The translations under genes were made by a program, and so were the position numbers. DNA of 64,000 bases from assembly GCA_965237415.1 (NCBI GenBank), contig CBDEFM010000002.1, forward strand, positions 3,072,001-3,136,000. The letters run 5' to 3'. This DNA comes from Alphaproteobacteria bacterium (GTDB taxonomy: Bacteria; Pseudomonadota; Alphaproteobacteria; UBA828). A model generated the notes under the pieces. That model did not search any database. It had not been told where the DNA came from and saw only the letters and a program-made list of their open reading frames with translations. This document shows, piece by piece, positions 39,428 to 49,045 of this stretch (position 1 is the first letter of the stretch; every line of letters begins with the position of its first letter).

Positions 39428-40203
39428 CCTGCTTATCCCTGAAAGTCATCCTGCGATGAGGAGGCGATAGGGCATCGGGTCGGTTCGGGCGGCGCTATGG
39501 ACGAAACGCGGGATCATGGTTTCGAGTTGATAGCGCCGGTTGTAGCGCCAGGCGAAACTGGCGAGGTAGCGCCCGGCGTGATCGGGGCCGAGCTTGCGAT
39601 AGGTCCCGGTGATCGCGCTCTTGATGTTGCCGAGCGTCGTGTTCACCCATTTGAATGGCGCCATGCGGGCCGCCTGTCGGCCCGACCCGGTGCGGATTGC
39701 CTGATGGCTGCAGGCGATCTCGTCGAGTGCGCTCCAGCAGCCCAGGCCGTCCGTCACAACCGCCGCGCCGGGGGCCAGCCAGTGTTTGGCGCCGCGCGCG
39801 ATCTCGCGCTTGCGGAAGCCCTTGACCGGCGCCAGCTTCAGCTTGCGCGGGCGCCCCTCGGGACTGGTCGAGACCGCCGCCACGAAGGGCGTCTAGCCCG
39901 CCGCGCCGCGGCCCCGCTTGCCGCCGGAGCGCACCCCGCCGAGATAGGCGGTCCATCTCCACCCGCCCCGCCAGCACGCAATGCTCCCGATGGCCGCAGC
40001 AGGGGCAGACGAAGCCGTCCGGCCAGCGCAGCCGGACCAGCGCCGCGCGGGCACTGCTCCTTGGTGCCGAAGGCCTCGCGAAACGCCTCGTCGCTCAGAC
40101 CACGCACGCGCGATGCAACCTTGAACCCCATAACCGTGACCCCCTCATACAGAACATATTGAGAACATACATCCCCACAGGCGGAGTGTCACGGATAAGC
40201 AGG
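39428..40203 (-). mobile_element. IS1595 copy 2, internally deleted and frameshifted
   Basis: Same IRs; 776 bp versus 1026 bp; deletion junction at a CCCGCCCCG microhomology. Confidence 0.9.
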
Positions 40204-40596
40204 AATGGGTTTGTCACGCTGTGCCGAAACACGGCGCCAGCGCCATCCGGTTAAGGCTAAACGATCGCGCGTTGTGCGGTTTGTTTCTCTTGACGTCGGC
40301 TTATATTCTCGACGCGCGACCGAAATGTCGCGCACATCGTCTGCAAATCGTTCGCAACAACGGCGTATTTCATTGAGTTTCGCCGCCTGATTCCCGACCC
40401 CAAATTGGGATCACCCTATGACATATACAATTTCCTGTGCCCGCTGCACTCTTGTGGTGTGACAATACAAGGACGTGGACAAGCCTTTGAAATCACGTAA
40501 GAAACAGTGGCGTATTTCAATGTATTTCGCAGAGCATTCGCCTTTCCCAAGGCAATTATTCGTGATTTTGCAACTCAAGCGTAGCCGAACGTGCTC

Positions 40597-40633
40597 ATGT
40601 CATAGAAATACGCACTCTGCACCCCAGGTGCGG
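40597..40633 (-). other. Candidate MOB_F oriT/nic site
   Basis: Minus strand GCACCTGGGGTGC hairpin then AGTGCGTATTTCTATG, resembling the R388 nic region (GGTGCGTATTGTCT^ATAG, recalled); lies in an AT-rich non-coding region near the relaxase. Confidence 0.5.
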
Positions 40634-41118
40634 CGGGTGTGAAAACCAAAGCGGCTCCGCCGTAGACAGGGACTTATGACAGGCATGGAGAGGGTCAAGG
40701 CCCAGCCGGGAGAAAGCGCGCAAGGCGGGGACGACGCGGCACTGCGTCGCGCAGGACGCGGAGAGCACGCGGTCGTCGGGCGCGCAGCGGAACGACGGTG
40801 CCGGAAGAGATGGGGCGGCATGCATTGCCGGCATCGGGCGCACGCGTGTCGCAGGTTTCGGTGCGGAGCGTGGAAGTGCATGGGGCGATAACGATGTCGG
40901 GCGGGTGCAGCGGTCGGACGCGGAGCTGTGCGGCGAGCGTCCGGCGAAGGCGCGCGAGCGCCGAGCCTGACGCGAGCAGCGTGATGTCCGCACCGTCGAC
41001 GCGAGCGGCGGCGGCGCGGAGCGCTGCGCCGCGATGCGCGGCAGAGGCACGGCGAAAAGAGAAGAGCCGATCCACGCAGGTGCGCGGACCGGCTCGTGCG
41101 GCAACGGGGGCGCAGCCG

Positions 41119-42027
41119 TCACGGGGCGACGCGATGAACGGGGATGCCGAGCTTGGTCGCCTTGTCGACGAGGTTGCCGGTGATGCCGGAGCCGGGGAAC
41201 GCGATCACACCCTTGGGCAAGAGGTCGAGCAGCTCGTCGTTGCGGCGGAAGGGGGCTGCCTTGCCGTGGGCGTTCCAGTTCGGACGGCACACGAGTTGAT
41301 GGACGCCTCGGGCTTCGGCCCACCTTGCCGCCACCGTCTCGACGCCGGGACCGCCGCCGTGGAGCAAGACCATGTCCGCATGCTTGGCACGCGTGCGGTC
41401 GAGCGTGGTCCAGACGATGTCGGCGTCGGCGACCTGCTTGCCGCCGGTGACGGCGACCAGGGTGCCCTCCGGTATGTGCGCGCGGGCCTCTCTGTCCTTG
41501 CGGGCGCGGCGGAAGTCGCGAGCGTCGATGGCGGCGGAGGTGAGGTTGCCGGTCTGGCTCACGTGCGACCCGTGGCGGGGTCGCCAGGTGTCGCCGGTCT
41601 CGACACGGTAGGCGTCGGCGGCGAGGTCGCGCATGGTCTCGAAGGCGTCGCGGCGGTTGCCGAGGTTGGCCTCGGCATCGCTGCCGCCGTAGAGCCGGCC
41701 CTCGGCCTTGGCCCTCGCGTAGCTGGCGCGGTCGGCCGCGCGCCGCTGCTCGAGGCATTGCCGGCACCTGGAGCGGTCCGGTGCCGGGGGATGCTTGCCG
41801 CACTTCGGGCACAACCCCCGCGCAAGGCGGTCTGCGGTCTGCCGCCGATAGCGCCGGCGCTGCCAGGCGCGCGCGTCCTCAACCTTCTTGTAGGCTATTG
41901 CAGGGATCCTCCCCGGCGAGAGTGCGGTCGAGCGAATGGGCGGTCCGGCGGGAGCACCGGCGCGACGGCGCCCCCGCCGGGCGTCGGTCAGCGATGCCGG
42001 CCGTTCGCGAACAGGCCGCAACTCCAC
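41119..42027 (-). pseudogene. Chimeric ORF: Zn-finger fragment fused to a DUF2493/SLOG-like C-terminal part
   Basis: GLCPKCGK...RCRQCLE joined to VAVTGG...LLHGG...AAPFRRND...IAFPGSGIT. Confidence 0.65.
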
Positions 42028-42305
42028 TCACCCCAGTACTGGATGCCGCCGTCGACGCTGATGCCGGTGGCAATGATGATCTCGTTTCGCTTCGGCCGCA
42101 GACGGCGAACCGACCGGCGGGACATCGTGGTGCGCGGCTTGCGCCCGCCGTTCGCCCGCCCCTCGTCGAGGGGTCTGATCTGGCCGTCCGCCGTGCTCTG
42201 GAAGCGCTCGACCACGAAGCGCTCATCGGCCTCGAGGCCGCCCCCGAAGATATGCGTCAGATACGTGGCGGCATGTCGATTGTGTGTCCTCGCCGTCGTC
42301 GGCAT
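41988..42305 (-). CDS. Hypothetical protein
   Basis: Plausible composition; same strand as the plasmid-type DUF2493 gene. Confidence 0.35.
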   Translation of the reverse strand: MPTTARTHNRHAATYLTHIFGGGLEADERFVVERFQSTADGQIRPLDEGRANGGRKPRTTMSRRSVRRLRPKRNEIIIATGISVDGGIQYWGEWSCGLFANGRHR

Positions 42306-42487
42306 GGTCCGTCCTCCCGGTCCGTGTGTGCGAACGGCGCGCGCGCCCTCTCGCCCGAGGACCCGCCCGCCGCCCGCGTCACGGCCGCCCTCTTCCTCTC
42401 GGCGGCGTGCGGGCGCGGGGGCGGCGAGGGCCGGCAGACGCCGGCGGCGGGATGCCGGAACGGCGAGCCATGGATATGATGGGAGCG

Positions 42488-43345
42488 ATGTCCAGCCGGA
42501 GACCCGCGGATCGTGCGGTTGCGGACCGCCAGCCCGATCTGTTCGACGAACGTGGCCTGATCGAGGCCGGCCGAGTCGCGGCCCCGGTCGCGCCGGACGC
42601 CGGTCCGGCAGCCGCCGGTCTCACGGACGGCGCGCTGATCGCGACACTGCCGCAGGCGACCGCGTCGAACGTGGAAGCGCTATGCGCCGAGGTGGTGAGC
42701 CGGTCTCTTGAGGCGGCGGCGCCTGCGCTCGAAGAGCTGTGGCGCCGCTTCGCCGGGTACGGCATCGGGGCGCCCTTGGTGGAGCAGCGAGCGGTTTTGG
42801 GCGCGCTGGCGCAACTTGAGTGCGGGGCCGCGCAGACGACGCTGAAGGGGATCGTCCTGTGCGCGGTCTTGCCGGCCTCGCTGCTCCCGTGCGCGCTTCG
42901 GGCGACGGCGGATGCCGGGCTCGCGCTGCCGGCTACGTTCGTCGCCCCGCTGCTGGGCCACGAGGATGTCGCGGTGCGCGAGCCGGCGTTTGCGCTGGCC
43001 CTGAAGGCCGGTGTTCGCAGCGACCTGCTTCGGGACCGGCTTGGCGATGCGTCGGCGTCGGTCCGGCGGTCGGCGGCGCTCGCCATGGGCAAGCGGGGCG
43101 ACGCGGGGGCGCGGGAAGCGCTGATCGGCGAGCTCGGGCGGAACCCGTCGAGCGAGGTGATCGAGGCGCTCGCCCTGGTTGCGGATGACGATGTCGTGGT
43201 TCACCTGGGCCGGTGCGCGGCGCGTCATCCCGCGCTTGCCGGCACCGTGCTCGGCATCCTGCGCGACATGGAGTGCGTGAGGGCGGAGCGGCTTGCCGGG
43301 CGCCTGGAAGCGGGACGCCGGATCTCGGGGAGCGGCGGCGATTGA
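42488..43345 (+). CDS. HEAT/PBS-lyase repeat protein
   Basis: LLGHEDVAVREPA, LGDASASVRRSAALAMG repeats. Confidence 0.7.
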   Translation: MSSRRPADRAVADRQPDLFDERGLIEAGRVAAPVAPDAGPAAAGLTDGALIATLPQATASNVEALCAEVVSRSLEAAAPALEELWRRFAGYGIGAPLVEQRAVLGALAQLECGAAQTTLKGIVLCAVLPASLLPCALRATADAGLALPATFVAPLLGHEDVAVREPAFALALKAGVRSDLLRDRLGDASASVRRSAALAMGKRGDAGAREALIGELGRNPSSEVIEALALVADDDVVVHLGRCAARHPALAGTVLGILRDMECVRAERLAGRLEAGRRISGSGGD

Positions 43346-43382
43346 GGCTCATGGACGCCCGCAGACGGCCCGCTGTGACGGC

Positions 43383-43661
43383 CTAGCCTTGTCGGCAGGG
43401 TGGCGATGCTGCAAGGCGGCGACAAGCGCCTGCGGCCTGGCGTCCCGCGCGGCGCCGGTCGGCCAGGCGGGACACTGGGCGACTGCTCTTGGTAATGACG
43501 ATCTCTTCGCCGCTGTTCGCCACCTCGTCCATCAGCTTCAGGCACGTTGCCTTGAACTCGGAAGCCTTCACGATCCTGGCACCGCAAGCGCCGATGCCGT
43601 TGTCGGTCTTCACCACGCGCCATCCGCTATCCGATGATGGTCGCCAAATTGCCATAGTCAT
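43383..43661 (-). pseudogene. Phd/YefM antitoxin, orphan/degenerate
   Basis: VKASEFKATCLKLMDEVANSGEEIVITKSSRPVSRL; no cognate toxin downstream. Confidence 0.7.
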
Positions 43662-43844
43662 GCCTTGGTCAAAATCCGTATCTCTACGACCTCCTGAGGC
43701 GGACGACGCCCCACCACGGCCTTGCGGAGGCGCGCCTGAATCGGCGCCGCACTGGCCCCGTCGCAACCTTCCCGCACGCCGTGAACACCGGCAGGTTTCA
43801 TTGCCCGGGCGCAATCGTGCGAAGGCCAAGAAATCGGCAAGAGA

Positions 43845-44222
43845 TCACGAAGATAGTTCAGAGAGCGTCATCTCTGCGTCTGCCGTCACTTCGAGCACGC
43901 GATTGACCATGACATCCATCGGATCGCGACGTTCGGATAAATATGCGATCGCGGCGCGCAGCAGCGCCTCCGAACGTGCTCGCCCAGCGGAGGGCAGGAT
44001 TATGAGGCCGGGATGAACGTCCCGCGCGGACACGAGCCCGCGAAAATCGCGGGCGTTCTCCGTGACAAGAACAGGATCCTGCTCGACGCACCGAGCCAAG
44101 ACGTCGCGATCCGGCGCACCCAGCCCGCCGAAGTCTCGTGGGTGCACGGCGAGATGCGTGCCTTCGGCATTCAGCGTTTGCGAGATTGCTGGAGAGATGC
44201 ACTCATCGAGAAACAACCGCAC
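43845..44222 (-). CDS. DUF5615 PIN-like toxin (VapC45-like)
   Basis: RLFLDECIS...D..VL...VLVTENARDF...HPGLIIL. Confidence 0.85.
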   Translation of the reverse strand: MRLFLDECISPAISQTLNAEGTHLAVHPRDFGGLGAPDRDVLARCVEQDPVLVTENARDFRGLVSARDVHPGLIILPSAGRARSEALLRAAIAYLSERRDPMDVMVNRVLEVTADAEMTLSELSS

Positions 44223-44242
44223 CGACTTGTCTAGGTCGCTAT

Positions 44243-44833
44243 TCAGGCCGCGCTTCGCCAAGGCCTGCCGGATGGGCGTCCTCGAAGAGGGTGGGCCTTG
44301 GCGTATAGTACGGCGGCTTCGAACGCCTCACGCGGTATCTCCGGATAGTCGTGCGCAAGATCCTCGATAGCATCGCCGTCGCTCAGCCGACCCAGCACCG
44401 AGTAAACCGACACGCGCGTGCCGACAATGACCGGCGTGCCGCCGAGGATATCGGCATCGGATACGATGTACAGGTCACGGGCGTCCCGGTACCGCTCGGC
44501 GTCGCGCAACGGCTCGGCCGCAAGGCGAGGCAGGTCGAGCATCGCGCCGGGGGTGAATTCGATGGGCTCGAGCCGCCAGGGCTCAAGCCCCGCCAGACGC
44601 GCCCATATCTCCCGCTCGTGGCGCAACGCGAGGTCCGTCAAATCCGCCGCCTTCAAAGAGTGAAAATAGGCCACCGCGCGGATCGGCAGATAGCGCGTCG
44701 CTCCGCCGCGAAAGCGGGCAGGACCTGCGACAGACCGAAGAACGCCGGCTTCGAGGGCTTTTTCGATAGTCGAGCGCGGCACGCCCGCAAGCGCAGCGGC
44801 TTCTCGTATTGTCAGGTCGGCCGTGATCGGCAT
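44243..44833 (-). CDS. HTH + DUF433 antitoxin (VapB45-like)
   Basis: IVSDADILGGTPVIVGTRVSV...DYPEI. Confidence 0.88.
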   Translation of the reverse strand: MPITADLTIREAAALAGVPRSTIEKALEAGVLRSVAGPARFRGGATRYLPIRAVAYFHSLKAADLTDLALRHEREIWARLAGLEPWRLEPIEFTPGAMLDLPRLAAEPLRDAERYRDARDLYIVSDADILGGTPVIVGTRVSVYSVLGRLSDGDAIEDLAHDYPEIPREAFEAAVLYAKAHPLRGRPSGRPWRSAA

Positions 44834-45059
44834 TATTCTTTCCTCATCGGGCACGAATATATGGCTGAGCCTTGCGCGTGGCAAGGCTCCTGGGAGCAGG
44901 TTTTCAACGAGCGAACCGCCGAAGAAGGGCGCGACCAGGAAACGTCGGCCGGGGCGGATCGGGGTGTGTCGACGGACGTCCCGTCGGGGACCACGGTCGT
45001 CCTTGGGCTGGCGGCATGTCCGGAATCACGACTGAGGTGAGCCGCGGATGGCAACGTCT

Positions 45060-45350
45060 GCGTCTCAGCGTCGGTTGAGCGCAGAGCAGGTACAGGTCTT
45101 TGTTGAGCGCCACGATGAGGCCCGCGGCTCCCATCATCATTGCACCCAGACGAATGGTCATGCGCCGCTCCGGATCCTGCATCTGGCCCCGCAGCGCCGC
45201 CTCGGTCTTCTCAAGGTCGACCTTGGTGACGAAGGTCTCGGTCGTGCCCTCGACAATGGTGTCGACCAGGACCCCAAATGGGTTCCCGTCGAAGCCGCCC
45301 TTCGTCGTGTTGCTGCCGCGACGCCCTGAGCGTGTCGAACGCCGCCGTCG
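45060..45350 (-). pseudogene. DUF1640/CCDC90-like protein, frameshifted copy
   Basis: AFDTLRAS / TKVDLEKTEAALRGQM...RRMTIRLGAMM; homologous to 47852-48244. Confidence 0.7.
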
Positions 45351-45542
45351 CCGTTACTGTTATCGCGACCGGCTCTCCCGAAGCCGGCCCCGCCGGTCGC
45401 GAGCGCGCCTGGCGAAGACTGTCATCGGCCCCGATTCGGCACGGCGCCCGGATCGAAAATCGCCTCCGGGCGCGGACGGTTTGATTCCGGCAGCGCGGGC
45501 GCTGTCGGCTTCCCGGTGTAGCGTTTGCGCGAATCGGGCGGA

Positions 45543-45692
45543 CAGGGGTACGCTGGAGTTCGAATTCACTCGCTTCCGCAGTGATTACGGCGGGCAATTC
45601 AGGGGGCTGCGGAAAGGGGAAGATTCGGAGGCTAAGTCACTGAAAGCAGCGAGAGAACGGAGAGTGTAGGAAATTTTCTACCCCCAGGCTCT
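45543..45692 (+). repeat. 150-bp direct repeat copy 1 (att-arm-like, ends in AGGCTCT)
   Basis: 146/150 identical to 48480-48629; weaker homology extends about 450 bp further left. Confidence 0.95.
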
Positions 45693-45761
45693 GCCTCTCC
45701 GTGGCGCACAGGCACGGGGGCGGCGCGGGCCGGCAGTCGGTGCGGCAGCGAGACCGGGACC

Positions 45762-46211
45762 ATGAGCTTGCATCAGCGCTGCTACGAGGCGATGCCGGGG
45801 TGCCGGTCGTGGGGCGAGGTCGCGGATGCGGCGGGCCTTCCTGAGCATGAAGGGGATACGCCCTACAGGCGGGGATGCCGGGCGCGGGTTTGCGCGCGTC
45901 ATTACGCTGCGGTGAGGGGCCTCGCATTTCCGCCGGAGGGAAGCCGGATCCGTGGCCGCGGCCGGCCGCGGTCTCTCGCTCGTGCGCGCCGGGCTTACGA
46001 GCTCAGGGCTGGCGGGGGAAGGACCTGGAGAGCGATCGCGGTGGAGCTCGGGTACTCCACCGCGAACCACGGGCGGGCGGCGCTCGAGATGGCGCGGCGC
46101 TATGCGTCAGAGGCCGGCATGCCGTGGCCCCCCGGCCGATCTTGCCAGAGTAGGCCGGGAGACCCGTCGGACGCTGCCACCCGGCCGGGTGAGCGTGTGA
46201 CGGCTAAATGA
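45762..46211 (+). CDS. Hypothetical protein with two HTH-like repeats
   Basis: RCYE...SWGEVADAAG...ARHYA...LAFPP / RAYE...TWRAIAVELG...ARRYA...MPWPP. Confidence 0.6.
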   Translation: MSLHQRCYEAMPGCRSWGEVADAAGLPEHEGDTPYRRGCRARVCARHYAAVRGLAFPPEGSRIRGRGRPRSLARARRAYELRAGGGRTWRAIAVELGYSTANHGRAALEMARRYASEAGMPWPPGRSCQSRPGDPSDAATRPGERVTAK

Positions 46212-46311
46212 GTTTCGTGAGAGCGACGATGAAAGCGACCGTCAAGCTGGGCGGGTGCGCCGTGCGCCATCCCGTCCTCGCCGGGTCCGTCAGGGCGCCC
46301 CGAAAGCCGGT

Positions 46312-46635
46312 CTATACCGCGTCAGAAAGCGCTGTTCTCGAGGCGAGATCGGCCCTCGTCGGCAGAAGCCGGATCGTATCGCCCGTCTCCTTGTCGGCAC
46401 AGACGAGATCGAAGTGTGCTTGCAGGTTGAGCCAGAACTCCGGCTCGACACCGAACCAGTGACCGAGGCGGAGCGCCGTGTCGCCAGTGATCGAACGCCT
46501 GCAGTGGATGATCTGGCTCACACGGTTCGCCGGCACATCGATCTGGCGCGCGAACTCCGTCGGAGTGACGCCGATTTCCGCCAACTCTTCCTTCAGTATC
46601 CGACCGGGATGGACGGCACGTCTCAGCACAGGCAC
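46312..46635 (-). CDS. higA: HigA antitoxin
   Basis: VHPGRILKEEL...SITGDTALRL...FWLNLQ. Confidence 0.9.
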   Translation of the reverse strand: MPVLRRAVHPGRILKEELAEIGVTPTEFARQIDVPANRVSQIIHCRRSITGDTALRLGHWFGVEPEFWLNLQAHFDLVCADKETGDTIRLLPTRADLASRTALSDAV

Positions 46636-46642
46636 TCCCCCT

Positions 46643-46940
46643 TCACGAATGGTAGTCCACAATCTCGATGTTGCCAGGCCCCGATTGACCCTCCGGCCAC
46701 TCGAAACAGATACGCCATTGCCTGTTGATCCGAATGGAATACTGTCCTTTCCGATCTCCTCCGATCTCCTCCGAGGGCCTCCAGCCGATTGCTCGGCAGG
46801 TTCCGCAGCGTGTCGAGGGACGGCGCGGCGTTCAGGATGGTAAGGCGTCTGGCCGCTTGCTGCTCAAAGCCCTGGAAATCCCGGACCATTCGGCCGCTGG
46901 CGAATCTCTCGGTTTTGCTGTCCCTGTAGCTGAGGATCAT
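46643..46940 (-). pseudogene. higB: HigB toxin frameshifted by a 10-bp tandem duplication
   Basis: CCGATCTCCT x2 at 46751-46770; removing one copy restores EALGGDRKGQYSIRINRQWRICFEW...EIVDYH*. Confidence 0.9.
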
Positions 46941-47276
46941 CAAGGGACAAGGTAGCCCGTTGACGATGTACGTCAAGCGTAGACATCGGGCGACGGTCCG
47001 GGTTCGAGATCGCTGCTGCTTTCGCCGAAAACTGCTCGGACAGCGCCGCTGCCGGTTGCAGCCATCGTCGCGGCCGTCGCGGTCGCACCGATCGCGAGCC
47101 GACCGGCGGCGGCGGACGCACCCGATCAGAACCGCCCCGGCAGCACCTCAGAGGCTCGACCGGCTCAGCCGCGCGCACCGTGCTTTCGGAAAGCAGGTTT
47201 TGATTCCGGTTGCGGGGCCGCCGCCCATGCGCCCCGCAGATGGACTTGCCTGCACCAAATATGGTACACCAGCGCG

Positions 47277-47639
47277 GTGACATCACCCGACAAAGTCGCC
47301 GTTGCCCGGTTCTTCCGCTTGGCGAGCGGTCGCGAGCCTGCGCGCGAATGGCTCCGGGAGCTGACGGGGGAGGATCGAAAGACCATCGGTCGGGACCTGA
47401 TGAAGATCGAGTTCGGGTGGCCGTGCGGTCCTCCCCTGTGCAGGCCGCTCACCGGTCACCCCGGTCTGTACGAGGTGCGCAGCAGGCTGACGGATGGGAG
47501 GAACGCCAGGTTGTTCTTCACCGTATCGGCAGGGATCATGGTGCTCCTGCATGGCTTCATCAAGAAGAGCCGGGCGACGCCCGAGAGGGAGCTGAAGCTG
47601 GCGGAGCGGCGAAGGAGGGACTATGAGCGAAACGGGTAA
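47277..47639 (+). CDS. RelE/ParE-superfamily (Gp49-like) toxin
   Basis: GREPAREWL...GWPCGPP...LYEVRS...VLLHGFIKKSRATP. Confidence 0.88.
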   Translation: MTSPDKVAVARFFRLASGREPAREWLRELTGEDRKTIGRDLMKIEFGWPCGPPLCRPLTGHPGLYEVRSRLTDGRNARLFFTVSAGIMVLLHGFIKKSRATPERELKLAERRRRDYERNG

Positions 47640-47925
47640 GGGCAGCGCTCGCATCGGGACGACGCTCGAAAGCCTGCTGCGCGAGGACGGCAGCTACGAG
47701 GAGGCGAAGAACCAGGCGGTCAAGTCGGTTCTCGCCTACAAGCTGGAGCAGGCGATGAAAGCGCAGAAGCTGTCGAAGGCAGGCATGGCCGCCCGTATGG
47801 AGACCAGCCGCTCGCAGCTGGACCGTCTGCTCGATCCCGATAACGACGGCGTCACGCTGCACACGCTGAAACGTGCTGCGGCGGCCGTCGGCATGCGTCT
47901 GGAAATCGAACTTCGTCACGTCTAG
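47623..47925 (+). CDS. XRE-type HTH antitoxin
   Basis: IGTTLESLLRE...MAARMETSRSQLDRLLDP...VTLHTL. Confidence 0.85.
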   Translation: MSETGKGSARIGTTLESLLREDGSYEEAKNQAVKSVLAYKLEQAMKAQKLSKAGMAARMETSRSQLDRLLDPDNDGVTLHTLKRAAAAVGMRLEIELRHV

Positions 47926-48244
47926 CCGGCGGTAACCGTTCCTGCGCGGTCGAGTGGAATTGGGAACCGCTGGGGCGAAGCGCAGCAAGGCCTGACCGAC
48001 GCCGCTGGCCAACGACAACGGTGCCCACCAGCGTCGCACCCAGGCAAATGGTCATGCGCTGCTCCAGCTCACGCATCTGGCCTCGCAGCGACGCCTCGGT
48101 CTTCTCAAGGTCGACCTTGGTCGCCAGGGTCTCGCCCGTGCGCTCGGAAAAGGTCTCGACCAAGATCGCGGCCTGCTTCTCGTCGAAGCCGCCTTCGGCG
48201 CGCGGCCGCCGCGCGGCCCTGAGCGTGTCGAACGCCAGCGTCAT
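47852..48244 (-). CDS. DUF1640/CCDC90-like protein (3' end degenerate)
   Basis: MTLAFDTLRAARR...GGFDEKQA...LATKVDL...LEQRMTICLG. Confidence 0.7.
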   Translation of the reverse strand: MTLAFDTLRAARRPRAEGGFDEKQAAILVETFSERTGETLATKVDLEKTEASLRGQMRELEQRMTICLGATLVGTVVVGQRRRSGLAALRPSGSQFHSTAQERLPPARRDEVRFPDACRRPPQHVSACAA

Positions 48245-48479
48245 GCGCTCATCCCGTCGCCGCAGCCGGCGGCGGCGACCATGTGCACCGCCGTCGCCAC
48301 CGTGCCTCCGGCATTCCCGAACTCGGCCATGTCGGTCCTGAGCGCGCGCGGCAAGGACCGTCATCGGCCCGATCAGGCCGGGCGGCGGGATCGAAAACCG
48401 CCTCTCGGCGGGGTGGTTTGATTCCAGCGGCGCGGGCGCCGTCGGCGGGTATGTGTAGGGTTCGCGCGACTCGGGTACG

Positions 48480-48662
48480 CAGGGGTACGCTGGAGTTGGA
48501 ATTCACTCGCTTCCGCAGTGATTACGGCGGGCAATTCAGGGGGCTGAGGAAAGGGGCGGATTCGGAGGCTAAGTCACTGAAAGCAGCGAGAGAACGGAGA
48601 GTGTAGGAAATTTTCTACCCCCAGGCTCTCCTCATTCTGAAGAGGCCTCGTCGGGAGGCCTC
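48480..48662 (+). repeat. 150-bp repeat copy 2 fused at AGGCTCT to a 40-bp copy of the lipoprotein leader
   Basis: 48480-48629 matches 45543-45692; 48623-48662 matches 27438-27477 (36/40). Confidence 0.93.
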
Positions 48663-49045
48663 AGGGCGCGCCGCTCCCAGGATTTACGCCGCCGATCGGC
48701 GAATAAAGTTCCGTGCAGAACCGCAATAAACCCCTTCAACAACGTCGAAATTAGACGTGCCAGCCATACGCGCCGGTTTACCGGCCGGGCTGCGGGGTGC
48801 TTACGGGGCGCCTCGCATGATTCCGGCCGGTTACGCGGTGAAGCCGCCGCATCCTCTCGTGATGACGGCGCGCTTGCCGTTTACGGGGTGTTCGGCGCTG
48901 GGATGTGACGGGGATGCCGCGCCGTAGCACGCTGACCCTATCCGGCCGGGCGGTGGACGCGCTCGCGGTCTCCGAGCGCGACGTCATCGTCTGGGACCGG
49001 GAGCTCGCGGGCTTCGGCGTGCGCGTCTACCCCTCGGGCCGCAAG

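Larger units (their letters stand above)
27438..48662. mobile_element. Putative ~21-kb integrative mobilisable element
   Basis: 40-bp direct repeats at 27438-27477 and 48623-48662 (36/40); contains an integrase pair, MobF relaxase, oriT-like site and TA modules. Confidence 0.55.

Noticed and set aside
45655-45692. CGGAGAGTGTAGGAAA... resembling a tRNA-Ser 3' end (att site)
   Set aside because: No TTCGAA T-loop or CCA; cannot fold as a tRNA
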